DNA of 64,000 nucleotides from Acidimicrobiales bacterium (GTDB lineage: Bacteria > Actinomycetota > Acidimicrobiia > Acidimicrobiales > SZUA-35), in contig JAWKIO010000005.1 of NCBI GenBank assembly GCA_041394265.1, positions 925,976-989,975 on the forward strand. The letters run 5' to 3'. Below are positions 1 to 9,147 of this stretch, piece by piece. The notes beneath the pieces were generated by a model. The model had not been told where the DNA came from, did no database searches, and saw only the letters and a list, made by a program, of their open reading frames with translations. The position numbers and the translations under genes were made by a program. Positions within the stretch are counted from its first letter, which is position 1, and each line of letters begins with the position of its first letter.

Positions 1-3000
1 CGTCGTGGCGAATGCCCTCGAACGTGCGACGGCAACGGTCCACCGCCACCGCATTCCGGGCGATCCACGCCTCGACGAGGTCGGACGGCGCACCGTCGTC
101 GGACCGCTGCGCCCGTGACACCACCGTGGCCGTGAGTTCGGCGTGCTCCCGGAAGAAGTCGTCGCGCAGCGCGCTCCGGGCCAACGCCTCCCAGTGGTCA
201 CTTCGAGGCAGCGCCGTGATCCGCTCACGCAGCCACGACAAATCGAGTTCGGCGTCAAGTGCCCCGTAGATGGCCGCCACCTGCTCGAGTGACGAACCCG
301 TGCGAGACGCCACGTGTGACAAGTCGAGGAATCCGTAGGCCGCACCGAGCGTGGCAACCTGCGAGGCCAACGGGCCCGGAACCCCGGCCTCGATCAGCGC
401 CGATGCATCGACGTCGACCGAGACGATCGAGTGCAACACCTCGACGGGTTCCCGGTAGGCCTCGATGACTCGGCCGATGGCCAGCGGCTGCGACTCGTTG
501 CGAAGCAGCCAACGAGCCGCCCGCTCGCCGAGCCGCTTGACTTCCTGATCGATCGCAATCTGGGTCGCTGCCGACACCTGGTCGGCGAGGCCGCGCACCT
601 GAGCCTGGAGGTCGGCCAGGTCGTAGATCCTCCACGCGGCCAGGTGCGCCCGGGCCACGTCCGAGGTCGATGCCGAGGTCTCGCCGATCAGCCGGTGGGT
701 CATCGAGATGCCGCCGTGGTTCACGATGTCGTTGGCCACCAGCGTGCTGAGCAGCTCACGGCGTAGCGGGTGCGAGTGGATCAGCCCCTCGAAGTCGCGC
801 TGCAGCGACGGCGGGAAGTAGGCGAACAGCCGCTCCTCGAGCCACGGATCGTCGGGGAGATCGGAGCTCGACAGGTCGGCGGTCAGAAGGTTCTTCGTAT
901 AGGCGAGCAGCACGGCGAGTTCGGGCCGGGTGAGACCGTCGTTGTCGATGTGCCGGTGCAGGAGTTCGGCGTCGGTCGGCAGCGCCTCGAGCTCTCGGTC
1001 GAGACCCGCCCGCTCGCTCAGCCAATCGAGCAGGCGCAGGTGCACATCGACCATGCCGCCGGCCTGGACTTCGGCCGCATTGAGGGTCTCGTTCTGGACG
1101 ATGTTGTTGTCGAGCACGAGCCGGCACACGTCGTCGGCCATCGACTCGAGGAGGAGGTCACGCTGCTTGCGTGTGAGGTCGCCATCGCTCATCGCCTTCG
1201 ACAGCAAGATCTTGATGTTGACCTCGTGGTCCGAGCAGTCGACGCCACCCGAGTTGTCGATGGCGTCGGTGTTGATCCGTCCACCGGCTCGGGCGTACTC
1301 GATGCGGGCCTGCTGGGTGAATCCGAGGTTCCCGCCTTCCCCCACCACGCGGCATCGCAACTCGTTGGCGTCGGCTCGCACCGCGTCGTTGGCACGGTCG
1401 CCGACGTCGAGGTCGGTCTGGCTCGATGCCTTCACGTAGGTGCCGATACCCCCGTTCCACAGCAAGTCGACCGGCGCACACAAGATGGCGTGGATGAGCT
1501 CGTTGGGGCTGAGTGCCGAGACGCCGAGCGGCAAACCGAGCGCACTGACCATCTGCGGCGTGAGGGAGATCGACTTGAGCGTGCGGGGGAAGACCCCTCC
1601 GCCCTCGGAGATGAGGGTGCGGTCGTAGCTGTCCCAGCTGGACTGCGGGAGCTCGAACAGGCGCTGGCGCTCGACGAACGAGGTCGCGGCATCGGGAGTC
1701 GGATCGATGAAGACGTGGCGATGATCGAACGCGGCCACCAGCCGGATATGGGGGCTGCGAAGCATCCCGTTGCCGAACACGTCGCCCGACATGTCACCGA
1801 TGCCGACGACCGTGAAGTCCTCGGTGTCGGGGTCATGGCCGAGCTGGCGGAAGTGAGCTTCCACTGAGCACCACGCGCCACGGGCGGTGATCGCCAACGC
1901 CTTGTGGTCGTAGCCCGCGGAGCCGCCCGAGGCGAATGCGTCGTGCAGCCAGAAGCCTCGGTCGACCGCAATGGCGTTGGCTATGTCGGAGAACGTGGCC
2001 GTGCCCTTGTCGGCGGCGACCACGAGGTACGGATCGTCGCCGTCGAGACGGACGGTGTCGGGTGGCGGGACCACCTCGTCGCCGTCGAGGTTGTCGGTGA
2101 CGTCGAGGAGCGCCGAGACGAACATTTGGTAGCAGGCAACGACCTCCTCCTGAACCGCAGCGCGATCGCCGTCGGGAAGATGTCGACAGACGAACCCGCC
2201 CTTCGCGCCGACCGGCACGATGACGGAGTTCTTCACCGACTGCGCCTTCATGAGTCCCAAGACTTCGGTGCGATAGTCCTCCATCCGATCCGACCAGCGG
2301 AGACCACCGCGAGCGACGAGACCGGCCCGCAGGTGCACACCTTCGCTGCGAGGGCTGTAGACGAAGATCTCGGCTGCCGGCACGGGTTTGGGCATGCCGA
2401 GGATCTGCGAAGGGTCGAACTTGAGAGCGATCGCTCGGCTCGGGTCGTCGCCGATCTGCCACGCATTGGTACGCACGGTCGCCTCTACCAGGGACACCAG
2501 GGCCCTTAGGATCCGGTCGGCATCGAGGCTGGGGACCACGTCGATCGCTTCGAAGAGCGATGTCCGGACCGCCTGGGCCACGGATGGATCGGCATGCTCG
2601 GGGTCGAGCCGGGCCCGGAAGAGATCGATGAGCCCTCGGGCGATGTCGGCGTACTGGATCACGATCTCGTGCACATAGCTCGGGCTGAACCTGCCACCGA
2701 GCTGGGTGAGATACCTCGTGTAGGCCCGGAGCACCGAAACCCAGCGCCACTCGACGTCGGCGGTGGTGACCAAGCGGTTCAGCACGTCGCTCTCGGACGC
2801 GTGGTTGTGGACCGCCAAGAGCGCGCTGCGGAAGCGAGCGCGGTCCTCGGCGTCGATGGGGTTCGGGAACCGCAGACCGATGTCGTAGATGAAGGCGGGA
2901 CCCGCCGCTGGGATGTTGAGCTCGTACGGGCGCTCGTCGGTCACGATGGCGCCCAGATCGTGGAGGATCGGGATGAACTCCGACAACGTGATCGCTTCGG

Positions 3001-4741
3001 AACTGCGGTACACCTTGCAGCGCATCTCGCCGTTGCGGGCTTCGAGAGGACGCGACAACCAGGCGTCGAGATCGTCGGGCCCGAGGGCGTCGAGCCGCTC
3101 GATGTCGAACACCGCTGCTTCGGCGAGCACCGAGTTGCGGTAGCTGTCGCCGAACACCCGCCGGTAGCGGACGTACAGCGCGAGCCCGGCGTCTTCGCCG
3201 TGTTCCTCGACAATCGCCGCTCGCAGGTCGTCGTCCCAGTTGCGGATCACCCGGCTCAGGCGCTGCTGCAACGCTTCGGGGTCGGGGAGCGGGTGGGTGT
3301 TCCTCGGGTCGGTGTAGATCACCAGTTGCAGACGGGCGAGTGGCGCATCGCTGATCTCGGTCGAGAAACGACACGATGTGCCCCGGTAGGCCTCCATGAG
3401 GATGCGCTGGATCTCGAGCCGTACATCGGTGGTGTGGCGGTCACGGGGAACGAAGACCATGCAGACCAGGAACCGGCCGAAGTCGTCACGGCGAAGTAGC
3501 AGACTGACCTGGCGACGATCTCGCAGATCGAGCATCTCGAGCGACATCCGACTGATCGAATCGACGTCGGTCTGGAAGAGCTCATCGCGAGGATAGGTCT
3601 GCAAGATGTTGAGCAGCCGGCTCCGATCGTGGCTGCCGGCCGGGAACTTGGCTCGCTCGATGACACCCGCCACTCGCGCCCGCACGATCGGGATGTCCTG
3701 CACGCGGCCCGTGTACACGGTCGACGTGAAGAGCCCGATGAATCGACGCTCGCCGGTCACATGACCGTGCTCGTCGATCTCCTTGATCCCCACGTAGTCG
3801 AGCGGCACCGCTCGGTGCACGGTCGAGTACGAGTTGGCCTTGGTCAGGTTGCAGATGGTGGGCCGACGCGCCATCTCGGCGATCTGCGGTGGGAGTTCGC
3901 CGAAGTGGCGCACCGTCGGCTCGCTCTGTCGAAGCAGGCCGAGACCGGTGCTCGGGCGGGAAACGTTGCGAACGCCCTCGGCGTCGTCGACGAAGTCGTA
4001 CTCACGGTAGCCGGTGAAGGTGAAGAAGCCCTCGGCCATCCACCGCAGGAACGCAGCAACCTCGGCCGGATCGTTGCCGATCGATGATTCGTACCGGCGC
4101 GAACCCGTCGCCGCCTCGGCCGCCCAGCCGTCGAGTTCCTCGGCCAGCGTCAGCGCCTGATTGCGCATCGGGATCCAGTCCTCGACCGCCTTGCGGACGT
4201 CGGCGAGAACCGATTCGACCTCGCCTTGAAGGTCGCGGACTCCCGTGGTTCCCGACACCCGGTCGACCTCGAGGTGCACCAGCGACTCGTTCGGGCAGTC
4301 GTTCGACACGTCCTCGATCCGGACGATGTCGCCGTGCTCGTCGCGCTGGACATGAGCCATCGGATGCGCCAGCAGGTGGACCTGCAAGTCGAGTTGTTCG
4401 AGGAGGGCGAGGATCGAGTCGACGATGAAGGGCATGTCCTCACACACCACATCGATCACCGTATGTGGACTCGACCAGCCGTCGACCTCGGTGCGTGGGT
4501 TGTACACACTCACCAGCGTCTCGGCAGGCTGGCGGGTGTGGGCCATCTCGAGGTGGCGCACCGCCGAGGCGTACAGCTCGAGCGGCTCCTTGTCGGCAAG
4601 GTCGTGGGCGGGAATCCGGCGGTAGTACAGGCGCATCACCCGACTGCTCTCCGAAGGGTCATCACCGCGGTAGCGCCGCTGCGCCAGATCGACCACGGCA
4701 TCGACCAGGGCACCCTTGACCTGTGCGGACGAGTCAGACAT
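1..4741 (-). CDS. gdh: NAD-specific glutamate dehydrogenase, large (~1600 aa) bacterial type; C-terminus truncated by the left window edge
   Basis: Not in the ORF track because it has no in-window stop. Reverse complement from ATG 4741-4739 reads MSDSSAQVKGALVDAVVDLAQRRYRGDDPSESSRVMRLYYRRIPAHDLADKEPLELY... The same frame at ~1700-1800 reads GDMSGDVFGNGMLRSPHIRLVAAFDHRHVFIDP, the hallmark motif of the Bac_GDH family. No minus-strand ORF in this frame is listed between 1 and 4741, consistent with one uninterrupted ORF. The plus-strand ORFs here have the V/D/H/R/G-rich look of antisense shadows. Confidence 0.9.
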   Translation of the reverse strand, partial: MSDSSAQVKGALVDAVVDLAQRRYRGDDPSESSRVMRLYYRRIPAHDLADKEPLELYASAVRHLEMAHTRQPAETLVSVYNPRTEVDGWSSPHTVIDVVCEDMPFIVDSILALLEQLDLQVHLLAHPMAHVQRDEHGDIVRIEDVSNDCPNESLVHLEVDRVSGTTGVRDLQGEVESVLADVRKAVEDWIPMRNQALTLAEELDGWAAEAATGSRRYESSIGNDPAEVAAFLRWMAEGFFTFTGYREYDFVDDAEGVRNVSRPSTGLGLLRQSEPTVRHFGELPPQIAEMARRPTICNLTKANSYSTVHRAVPLDYVGIKEIDEHGHVTGERRFIGLFTSTVYTGRVQDIPIVRARVAGVIERAKFPAGSHDRSRLLNILQTYPRDELFQTDVDSISRMSLEMLDLRDRRQVSLLLRRDDFGRFLVCMVFVPRDRHTTDVRLEIQRILMEAYRGTSCRFSTEISDAPLARLQLVIYTDPRNTHPLPDPEALQQRLSRVIRNWDDDLRAAIVEEHGEDAGLALYVRYRRVFGDSYRNSVLAEAAVFDIERLDALGPDDLDAWLSRPLEARNGEMRCKVYRSSEAITLSEFIPILHDLGAIVTDERPYELNIPAAGPAFIYDIGLRFPNPIDAEDRARFRSALLAVHNHASESDVLNRLVTTADVEWRWVSVLRAYTRYLTQLGGRFSPSYVHEIVIQYADIARGLIDLFRARLDPEHADPSVAQAVRTSLFEAIDVVPSLDADRILRALVSLVEATVRTNAWQIGDDPSRAIALKFDPSQILGMPKPVPAAEIFVYSPRSEGVHLRAGLVARGGLRWSDRMEDYRTEVLGLMKAQSVKNSVIVPVGAKGGFVCRHLPDGDRAAVQEEVVACYQMFVSALLDVTDNLDGDEVVPPPDTVRLDGDDPYLVVAADKGTATFSDIANAIAVDRGFWLHDAFASGGSAGYDHKALAITARGAWCSVEAHFRQLGHDPDTEDFTVVGIGDMSGDVFGNGMLRSPHIRLVAAFDHRHVFIDPTPDAATSFVERQRLFELPQSSWDSYDRTLISEGGGVFPRTLKSISLTPQMVSALGLPLGVSALSPNELIHAILCAPVDLLWNGGIGTYVKASSQTDLDVGDRANDAVRADANELRCRVVGEGGNLGFTQQARIEYARAGGRINTDAIDNSGGVDCSDHEVNIKILLSKAMSDGDLTRKQRDLLLESMADDVCRLVLDNNIVQNETLNAAEVQAGGMVDVHLRLLDWLSERAGLDRELEALPTDAELLHRHIDNDGLTRPELAVLLAYTKNLLTADLSSSDLPDDPWLEERLFAYFPPSLQRDFEGLIHSHPLRRELLSTLVANDIVNHGGISMTHRLIGETSASTSDVARAHLAAWRIYDLADLQAQVRGLADQVSAATQIAIDQEVKRLGERAARWLLRNESQPLAIGRVIEAYREPVEVLHSIVSVDVDASALIEAGVPGPLASQVATLGAAYGFLDLSHVASRTGSSLEQVAAIYGALDAELDLSWLRERITALPRSDHWEALARSALRDDFFREHAELTATVVSRAQRSDDGAPSDLVEAWIARNAVAVDRCRRTFEGIRHD

Positions 4742-4911
4742 CGTTTCCCATCACCCCCCGGGCGATTCCGAGCGTAGACCACCCTGTCGCCTGGCATCGG
4801 CTGACGCCACATCGGGCGGCACGGGTTGCCCCTACCATCGGCGCTCGGACGACGGAGATGAGTCCGACGTCACACCCGGTGTCCGCCGGCCCGAGCAGAC
4901 CAACATCAACT

Positions 4912-4953
4912 GTTTGCCTGTTGGTCACATCGAGTTCATCCTCGCGCTAGCGT
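4912..4953 (+). promoter_or_regulatory. PHO-box-like 11-nt direct repeats plus a -10-like hexamer upstream of the Na/Pi cotransporter
   Basis: Contiguous 11-nt units GTTTGCCTGTT (4912-4922), GGTCACATCGA (4923-4933) and GTTCATCCTCG (4934-4944). They resemble the actinobacterial PhoP direct-repeat unit G(G/T)TCAYYYR(G/C)G. TAGCGT (4948-4953) fits TANNNT and lies 9 nt before the GTG at 4963. Confidence 0.35.
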
Positions 4954-4962
4954 TCCTGCGAC

Positions 4963-6105
4963 GTGAGTGCCACCACCGCCCCCTCGGAATCTGCCAGTCA
5001 TGAGCTCCCGACACCGGTTCGCTCGGTGCTCGTCGTCGGGTTCATCTACCTCTTCCTCGTCGGCGTCTCGAGCCTCGAGACCGGCATCAAGATCATGGGG
5101 GCCGACACCCAGGAACGGCTCTTCTCGGCGGTCACGAATCCGGTGGCCGGTCTCTGCGTCGGCGTTCTCGGGACGGTGCTGGTGCAGTCGTCGTCGGCCA
5201 GCACCTCGGTGATCGTCGGGCTCGTGGCGTCGGGGGCCATTTCGGTCGACCAGGCCGTCCCGATGGTCATGGGCGCCAACATCGGCACCACCGTCACCAA
5301 TACGCTCGTGTCGCTCGGTCACGTACGCCAGTCGGCCGAGTTCAAACGGGCGTTTGCCGCGGCCACGGTGCACGACTTCTTCAACGTCCTCGCCGTAGCG
5401 ACGCTGCTCCCACTCGAGTTGCTCACCGGCATCGTGTCGACGACCGCGCAGCGAATCTCCGAGACCTTGGTCGGCTCATCGGGATCGGAGTGGAAGTCAC
5501 CGGTCAAGGCTTGGGTCAAGTGGCCGGTCCAGGCGATCGAAGGGGTATGGGAGAACGTGGCCTCGGGCAATCTGCTCGGCACGCTCATGGTCATCTCAGG
5601 CTTGCTGATCGTGCTGGCCTCCTTGACCCTCATCACCAAGAACATGCGTACCCTGGTTGCCGATCGGGTCGAGCGATCCATGAACGCCGTGCTGTCGAAG
5701 GGCGGCGGAGTGATCGCATTGGTGCTCGGCCTGTCCATCACCATCGCCGTGCAGTCCTCGAGCATCACCACCTCGATTCTCATCCCACTCACCGCCGCCG
5801 GCGTACTTTCGCTGCGCAACGCCTATCCGGTGACCCTCGGCGCAAACGTGGGCACCACGATCACCGCCCTCCTCGCTGCCCTCGCGGCCTCGAGTCCGGA
5901 CTCACTCACCGTTGCGTTGGCGCACACCACCTTCAACGTGCTCGGCATCTTGTTCCTCTACGTCCTCCCCTTCGCCCGGGACGTACCGATCAGGCTCGCC
6001 GAAGGGCTGGCAACCATCGCCGTCCAGCGCCGCTCGCTCGCCTTCGGCTATGTCTTGGTGTCCTTCATCGTCCTCCCGCTGATCGGCGTGGTACTCCTCC
6101 GCTGA
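4963..6105 (+). CDS. Na+/phosphate cotransporter family protein (NptA/YjbB-like)
   Basis: 380 aa polytopic membrane protein with duplicated motifs typical of the Na_Pi_cotrans family (VQSSSASTSVIVGLV...GANIGTTVTN and VQSSSITTSILIPL...GANVGTTITA). Followed by a PhoU-domain gene. Confidence 0.85.
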   Translation: MSATTAPSESASHELPTPVRSVLVVGFIYLFLVGVSSLETGIKIMGADTQERLFSAVTNPVAGLCVGVLGTVLVQSSSASTSVIVGLVASGAISVDQAVPMVMGANIGTTVTNTLVSLGHVRQSAEFKRAFAAATVHDFFNVLAVATLLPLELLTGIVSTTAQRISETLVGSSGSEWKSPVKAWVKWPVQAIEGVWENVASGNLLGTLMVISGLLIVLASLTLITKNMRTLVADRVERSMNAVLSKGGGVIALVLGLSITIAVQSSSITTSILIPLTAAGVLSLRNAYPVTLGANVGTTITALLAALAASSPDSLTVALAHTTFNVLGILFLYVLPFARDVPIRLAEGLATIAVQRRSLAFGYVLVSFIVLPLIGVVLLR

Positions 6106-6136
6106 CCCCAGCGTTCTTCACAAGGCGGTAACGCAC

Positions 6137-6808
6137 ATGCTCTCCTTCTTCAAGAAGTCGCCCGGCGGCGGACTCGACCACATCGTGCACCGCTCGGTCA
6201 CGATGCTCGGCGACGCACGGCATTCGTTCGACCTGGCAACGCTGGCCCTGCTCACCGGCGCCGATGTCGACGCCGTCTCAGACGACATCCGCGAGACTGA
6301 CGCCCGCATCAACCGAGCCGAGCAGGAGCTGCGCTCCGAGCTCGTCGTGCACGTCACCGTGAAAGGCGCCACCGACATCGGCACGGTGCTCGGCCTGATC
6401 CTCCTGCTCAAGAAGATCGAGCGCATCGGCGACCAGGCGAAGAACATTCTCGACCTGGCCGAGGGCGGCGTCCTCTTGTCGAACCAGCCCGACACCGAGG
6501 CAATGCTCGCTCAACGCTCGACCGTGTCGGCGCTCTTCGCCGAGGCCGCCGAGATGCTCGCCAGTGCCGAAGAAGTGCCGACCGATGACTACGTCGCCCG
6601 CGCCAACACCATCGTCGCCGACACCCAGGCCAAGATCGACGAGTTCATGCGCTCGGATCGGCCCGGCCACGAGGTCGTCCCCCGCGCCATCTACTACCGA
6701 TACCTCAAGCGAATCGTGGCCAACCTGATCGGCATCGTTCGGACCTCGGTCGATCCGATCCAGTACGCCGACTACCTCGACCAGGGCACCGTCGACACCG
6801 ACGACTGA
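6137..6808 (+). CDS. PhoU-domain protein (partner of the Na/Pi cotransporter)
   Basis: 223 aa. Contains KKIERIGDQAKNI, matching the ERIGDxAxNI PhoU signature. Lies 31 nt downstream of the transporter on the same strand. Confidence 0.8.
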   Translation: MLSFFKKSPGGGLDHIVHRSVTMLGDARHSFDLATLALLTGADVDAVSDDIRETDARINRAEQELRSELVVHVTVKGATDIGTVLGLILLLKKIERIGDQAKNILDLAEGGVLLSNQPDTEAMLAQRSTVSALFAEAAEMLASAEEVPTDDYVARANTIVADTQAKIDEFMRSDRPGHEVVPRAIYYRYLKRIVANLIGIVRTSVDPIQYADYLDQGTVDTDD

Positions 6809-6830
6809 GCCTCCGGAGCCGCGGCCACCC

Positions 6831-6940
6831 GGCCAGCGGCGCCTCAGGCCTTGACTACCAGGCCAGCGGCGCCTCAGGCCTTGACTACCCGGCCAGCGGC
6901 GCCTCAGGCCTTGACTACCCGGCCAGCGGCGCCTCAGGCC
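6831..6940. repeat. 30-bp tandem repeat, about 3.7 copies (GGCCAGCGGCGCCTCAGGCCTTGACTACCC)
   Basis: Copies at 6831-6860 (one mismatch), 6861-6890, 6891-6920 and a partial copy at 6921-6940. The last copy contains the stop codon (TCA 6934-6936 = TGA on the minus strand) of the AIM24-like gene. The repeat fills the convergent intergenic space. Confidence 0.9.
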
Positions 6941-7830
6941 GTGGCAGTGGGAGCGATCCGCCCCTCGGCCGGCTGCACGATGACGATGCCGCTTCCGGTG
7001 AACGCCAACTGGAACGCCTCGCCCGAGCCGCGGCCGATCAGTGCCTTCGCCTTCACGGTCCGGTTGAGCGACGTCGACAACGACGAGCTCCAGGCGACCG
7101 CCGCATCGGGATCGGCGAACGTCGGCTGATCCGTCTTGAGCACGACCGGCTCACCCTGAGTGGTGATCGCGACCCACCCGTGACCCGCAATCTGCGTGTT
7201 GAACATGCCACCGGCGACCATGCCGGCCCCCGGCACACGAACGACGTCCCATTGCAGCGTCGGCTCGAAGGCAAGGACGTTCTTCCCGTTGATCGTGAGT
7301 CCGGCGCCCTCGAGATGCAGGATGTGGACCTGATCGGCCTCGTGAGCGAGGAACAGTTCGCCAGTACCGCTGCAGCGCATGAGCGGCACACCCTCGCCGG
7401 TGAGCGCCTTCTTCATGAACTTGCCGACGCTGCCCGACCCCTCGTAGTCGAAGTCGATGTCGCCTTGAAACGCCACCATCGATCCCTGGCGGGCGAGGAC
7501 CGGCTCCCCCAGGGTCACCTTCAGCATCTTGGTGTTCTGTCGGATGACTCGCTGGCCCGATCCCGACCCGACCTCGGCGTAGCGATCATCGAGAAGCTCC
7601 GAGCGGATGCCTCCGGTTCCTCCTCCCATCGGGGCGGAGGCTGAGGCCCCCGGACCCGGGGGCGGTGGGGTCGAACTCGGACCCGGAGGCGGAGGGGTCG
7701 GCTCGGCCGCTGGAGGCGGTGGGGTCGGCTGGGCGGGCTGTGTCTCGTTGGTCCAGGCCGTCCCGTCCCAGTAGCGGACGAGGGCAGGGTCACCTGCGGG
7801 ATCTGGATACCAACCGGCGGGTGTCGACAT
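6934..7830 (-). CDS. DUF2510 + AIM24-family (DUF124/TIGR00266-like) fusion protein with a Pro-rich linker
   Basis: From ATG 7830: MSTPAGWYPDPAGDPALVRYWDGTAWT (DUF2510 motif). This is followed by the linker PAQPTPPPPAAEPTPPPPGPSSTPPPPGPG and then an AIM24-like body (KMLKVTLGEPVLARQGSMVAFQGDIDFDY...GELFLA...GKNVLAFEPTLQWDV). The track start at 7884 is probably an upstream extension. Confidence 0.8.
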   Translation of the reverse strand: MSTPAGWYPDPAGDPALVRYWDGTAWTNETQPAQPTPPPPAAEPTPPPPGPSSTPPPPGPGASASAPMGGGTGGIRSELLDDRYAEVGSGSGQRVIRQNTKMLKVTLGEPVLARQGSMVAFQGDIDFDYEGSGSVGKFMKKALTGEGVPLMRCSGTGELFLAHEADQVHILHLEGAGLTINGKNVLAFEPTLQWDVVRVPGAGMVAGGMFNTQIAGHGWVAITTQGEPVVLKTDQPTFADPDAAVAWSSSLSTSLNRTVKAKALIGRGSGEAFQLAFTGSGIVIVQPAEGRIAPTATA

Positions 7831-7911
7831 GATGGCGATGGTAGCGACTCGACACGCCGGCATCCGGGCAGGCCACACCGACACTCGATGTCGTTACCCG
7901 GCGGGCCGGTG

Positions 7912-9147
7912 TCAGCCGTCGATCGCCACGGGGATCGACCGGGCGGAACGATCGCTGATCGTCGCCTTCCACTCGACGGGACCAGCAAGGCGTAGCGTCG
8001 GGAACCGTCGCAGGAGCGCCGGAATGGCGATGCTCGACTCGAGCCGAGCGAGGGACGCCCCGAGGCAGAAGTGGTGACCCCTCCCGAACGCCAGATGGGG
8101 ATTGGGATCTCGGCGCAGATCGAGACGCTCGGCACGTTCGAACACACGCGGATCTCGGTTGGCGGCGAGGATCGTGAAGAACACGGTCTGCCCCTGCTCG
8201 AAGCGACAGCCGTCGCGGTCGTGGGTCTCGGCGACCGTGCGCATCATCGCCTTCGCCGGACTCTCGAACCGTAGGAGTTCCTCGACGGCCGGCGCGATGT
8301 CGACATCACCGTGCCGGAGGTCGCGAGCCGCGTGTCCATCGTCGAGCAGTGCCGCGGTGGCGGAACCGAGGTGCGACGTCGTCGTGTCGTGACCGGCGAA
8401 GAGCAGAAGCGAACAGGCGCCCAGCATCTCTGCCGACGTCAGGCCGCTCGGATCCGACTCGGATTCGAGGAGGAGAGACAGCAGATTGTTCTCGGGCGCC
8501 CGGCGATAGCGCTCGATGAGCGCCCCTAGGTTCTGCTCCAGCTCCGAGCCGGCGGCACGAGCGAGTTCGTCGTAGTCGGCCCGGCCGGTCGCACCGAAGA
8601 CGACCACGCCGAACTTCTGTGACCAATCGGCAAGCCAGCGCCCTTCGTCCTCGGGGACACCGAAGAGCTCGGCGATCACGGCCGCCGGCAGTGGATGGGT
8701 GAATGCCTCGACCAGGTCGACGATCGCGCCGTCGGCGAGGTCGACCGCCAAGCGATCCAACAATCGTGTGACGTACCCCTCGATCGCCGATGTGAGCGGC
8801 GCAACGGCCCTCGGGGTGAACGATCGGGACAGCGGCGAACGGAGTCGTGTGTGATCCGGCGGCTCGTGGAACAGCATCCACCCTTCGAGGAGACGGATCG
8901 CGCCGTCGAGCGCCTCGGCCCGAGCGCCGCTCAGCCGGGAGCGAAAGCCGTCCATCCGTTCGGTCGACAGTCGCGGATCGGTGAAGGCGGCCTCGAGTTC
9001 GGGGTGACCGGTGATCACCCACGCGCGGTGTCGGTCGCTCCAAGCAATGGGCGCACGGTCTCGAACACGCCCCAGGTACTCGTGGGGACGATCGACGCAC
9101 TCGGCTGCCAACAGATCGATGTCGTGGTCCGTGGTCATCGGTGTCAC
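7912..9147 (-). CDS. cytochrome P450
   Basis: 411 aa. Heme-binding loop [17 protein letters not shown] (FxxGxHxCxG), an ExxR region (EELLRFESP) and an I-helix-like [10 protein letters not shown]. Confidence 0.9.
   Translation of the reverse strand: MTPMTTDHDIDLLAAECVDRPHEYLGRVRDRAPIAWSDRHRAWVITGHPELEAAFTDPRLSTERMDGFRSRLSGARAEALDGAIRLLEGWMLFHEPPDHTRLRSPLSRSFTPRAVAPLTSAIEGYVTRLLDRLAVDLADGAIVDLVEAFTHPLPAAVIAELFGVPEDEGRWLADWSQKFGVVVFGATGRADYDELARAAGSELEQNLGALIERYRRAPENNLLSLLLESESDPSGLTSAEMLGACSLLLFAGHDTTTSHLGSATAALLDDGHAARDLRHGDVDIAPAVEELLRFESPAKAMMRTVAETHDRDGCRFEQGQTVFFTILAANRDPRVFERAERLDLRRDPNPHLAFGRGHHFCLGASLARLESSIAIPALLRRFPTLRLAGPVEWKATISDRSARSIPVAIDG

Noticed and set aside
770-4777. Plus-strand ORFs 770-1867, 1904-2509, 2594-3499, 3629-4087, 4226-4777, and minus-strand 1833-3374 (513 aa)
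   Set aside because: All lie inside the large NAD-GDH gene in other frames or on the other strand. Their V/D/H/R/G- or R/P-rich composition is typical of shadow ORFs in high-GC DNA. The true frame carries the GDMSGDVFGNGML motif.
6831-6940. Two ideas: the 30-bp repeats as a CRISPR array, and the repeated in-frame TGAs as a multi-selenocysteine C-terminal extension of the AIM24-like protein
   Set aside because: There are no unique spacers (the units are contiguous) and no cas genes, so it is not CRISPR. The multi-Sec idea has no supporting conservation or convincing SECIS-like structure. A simple duplication of the gene's 3' end explains the pattern.
6851-7129. ORF encoding MTTRPAAPQALTTRPAAPQALTTRPAAPQA... 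(a repeat peptide)
   Set aside because: It exists only because the 30-bp tandem repeat is a multiple of 3. Beyond the repeats it runs antisense into the AIM24-like gene and has no RBS. It is most likely not a gene.
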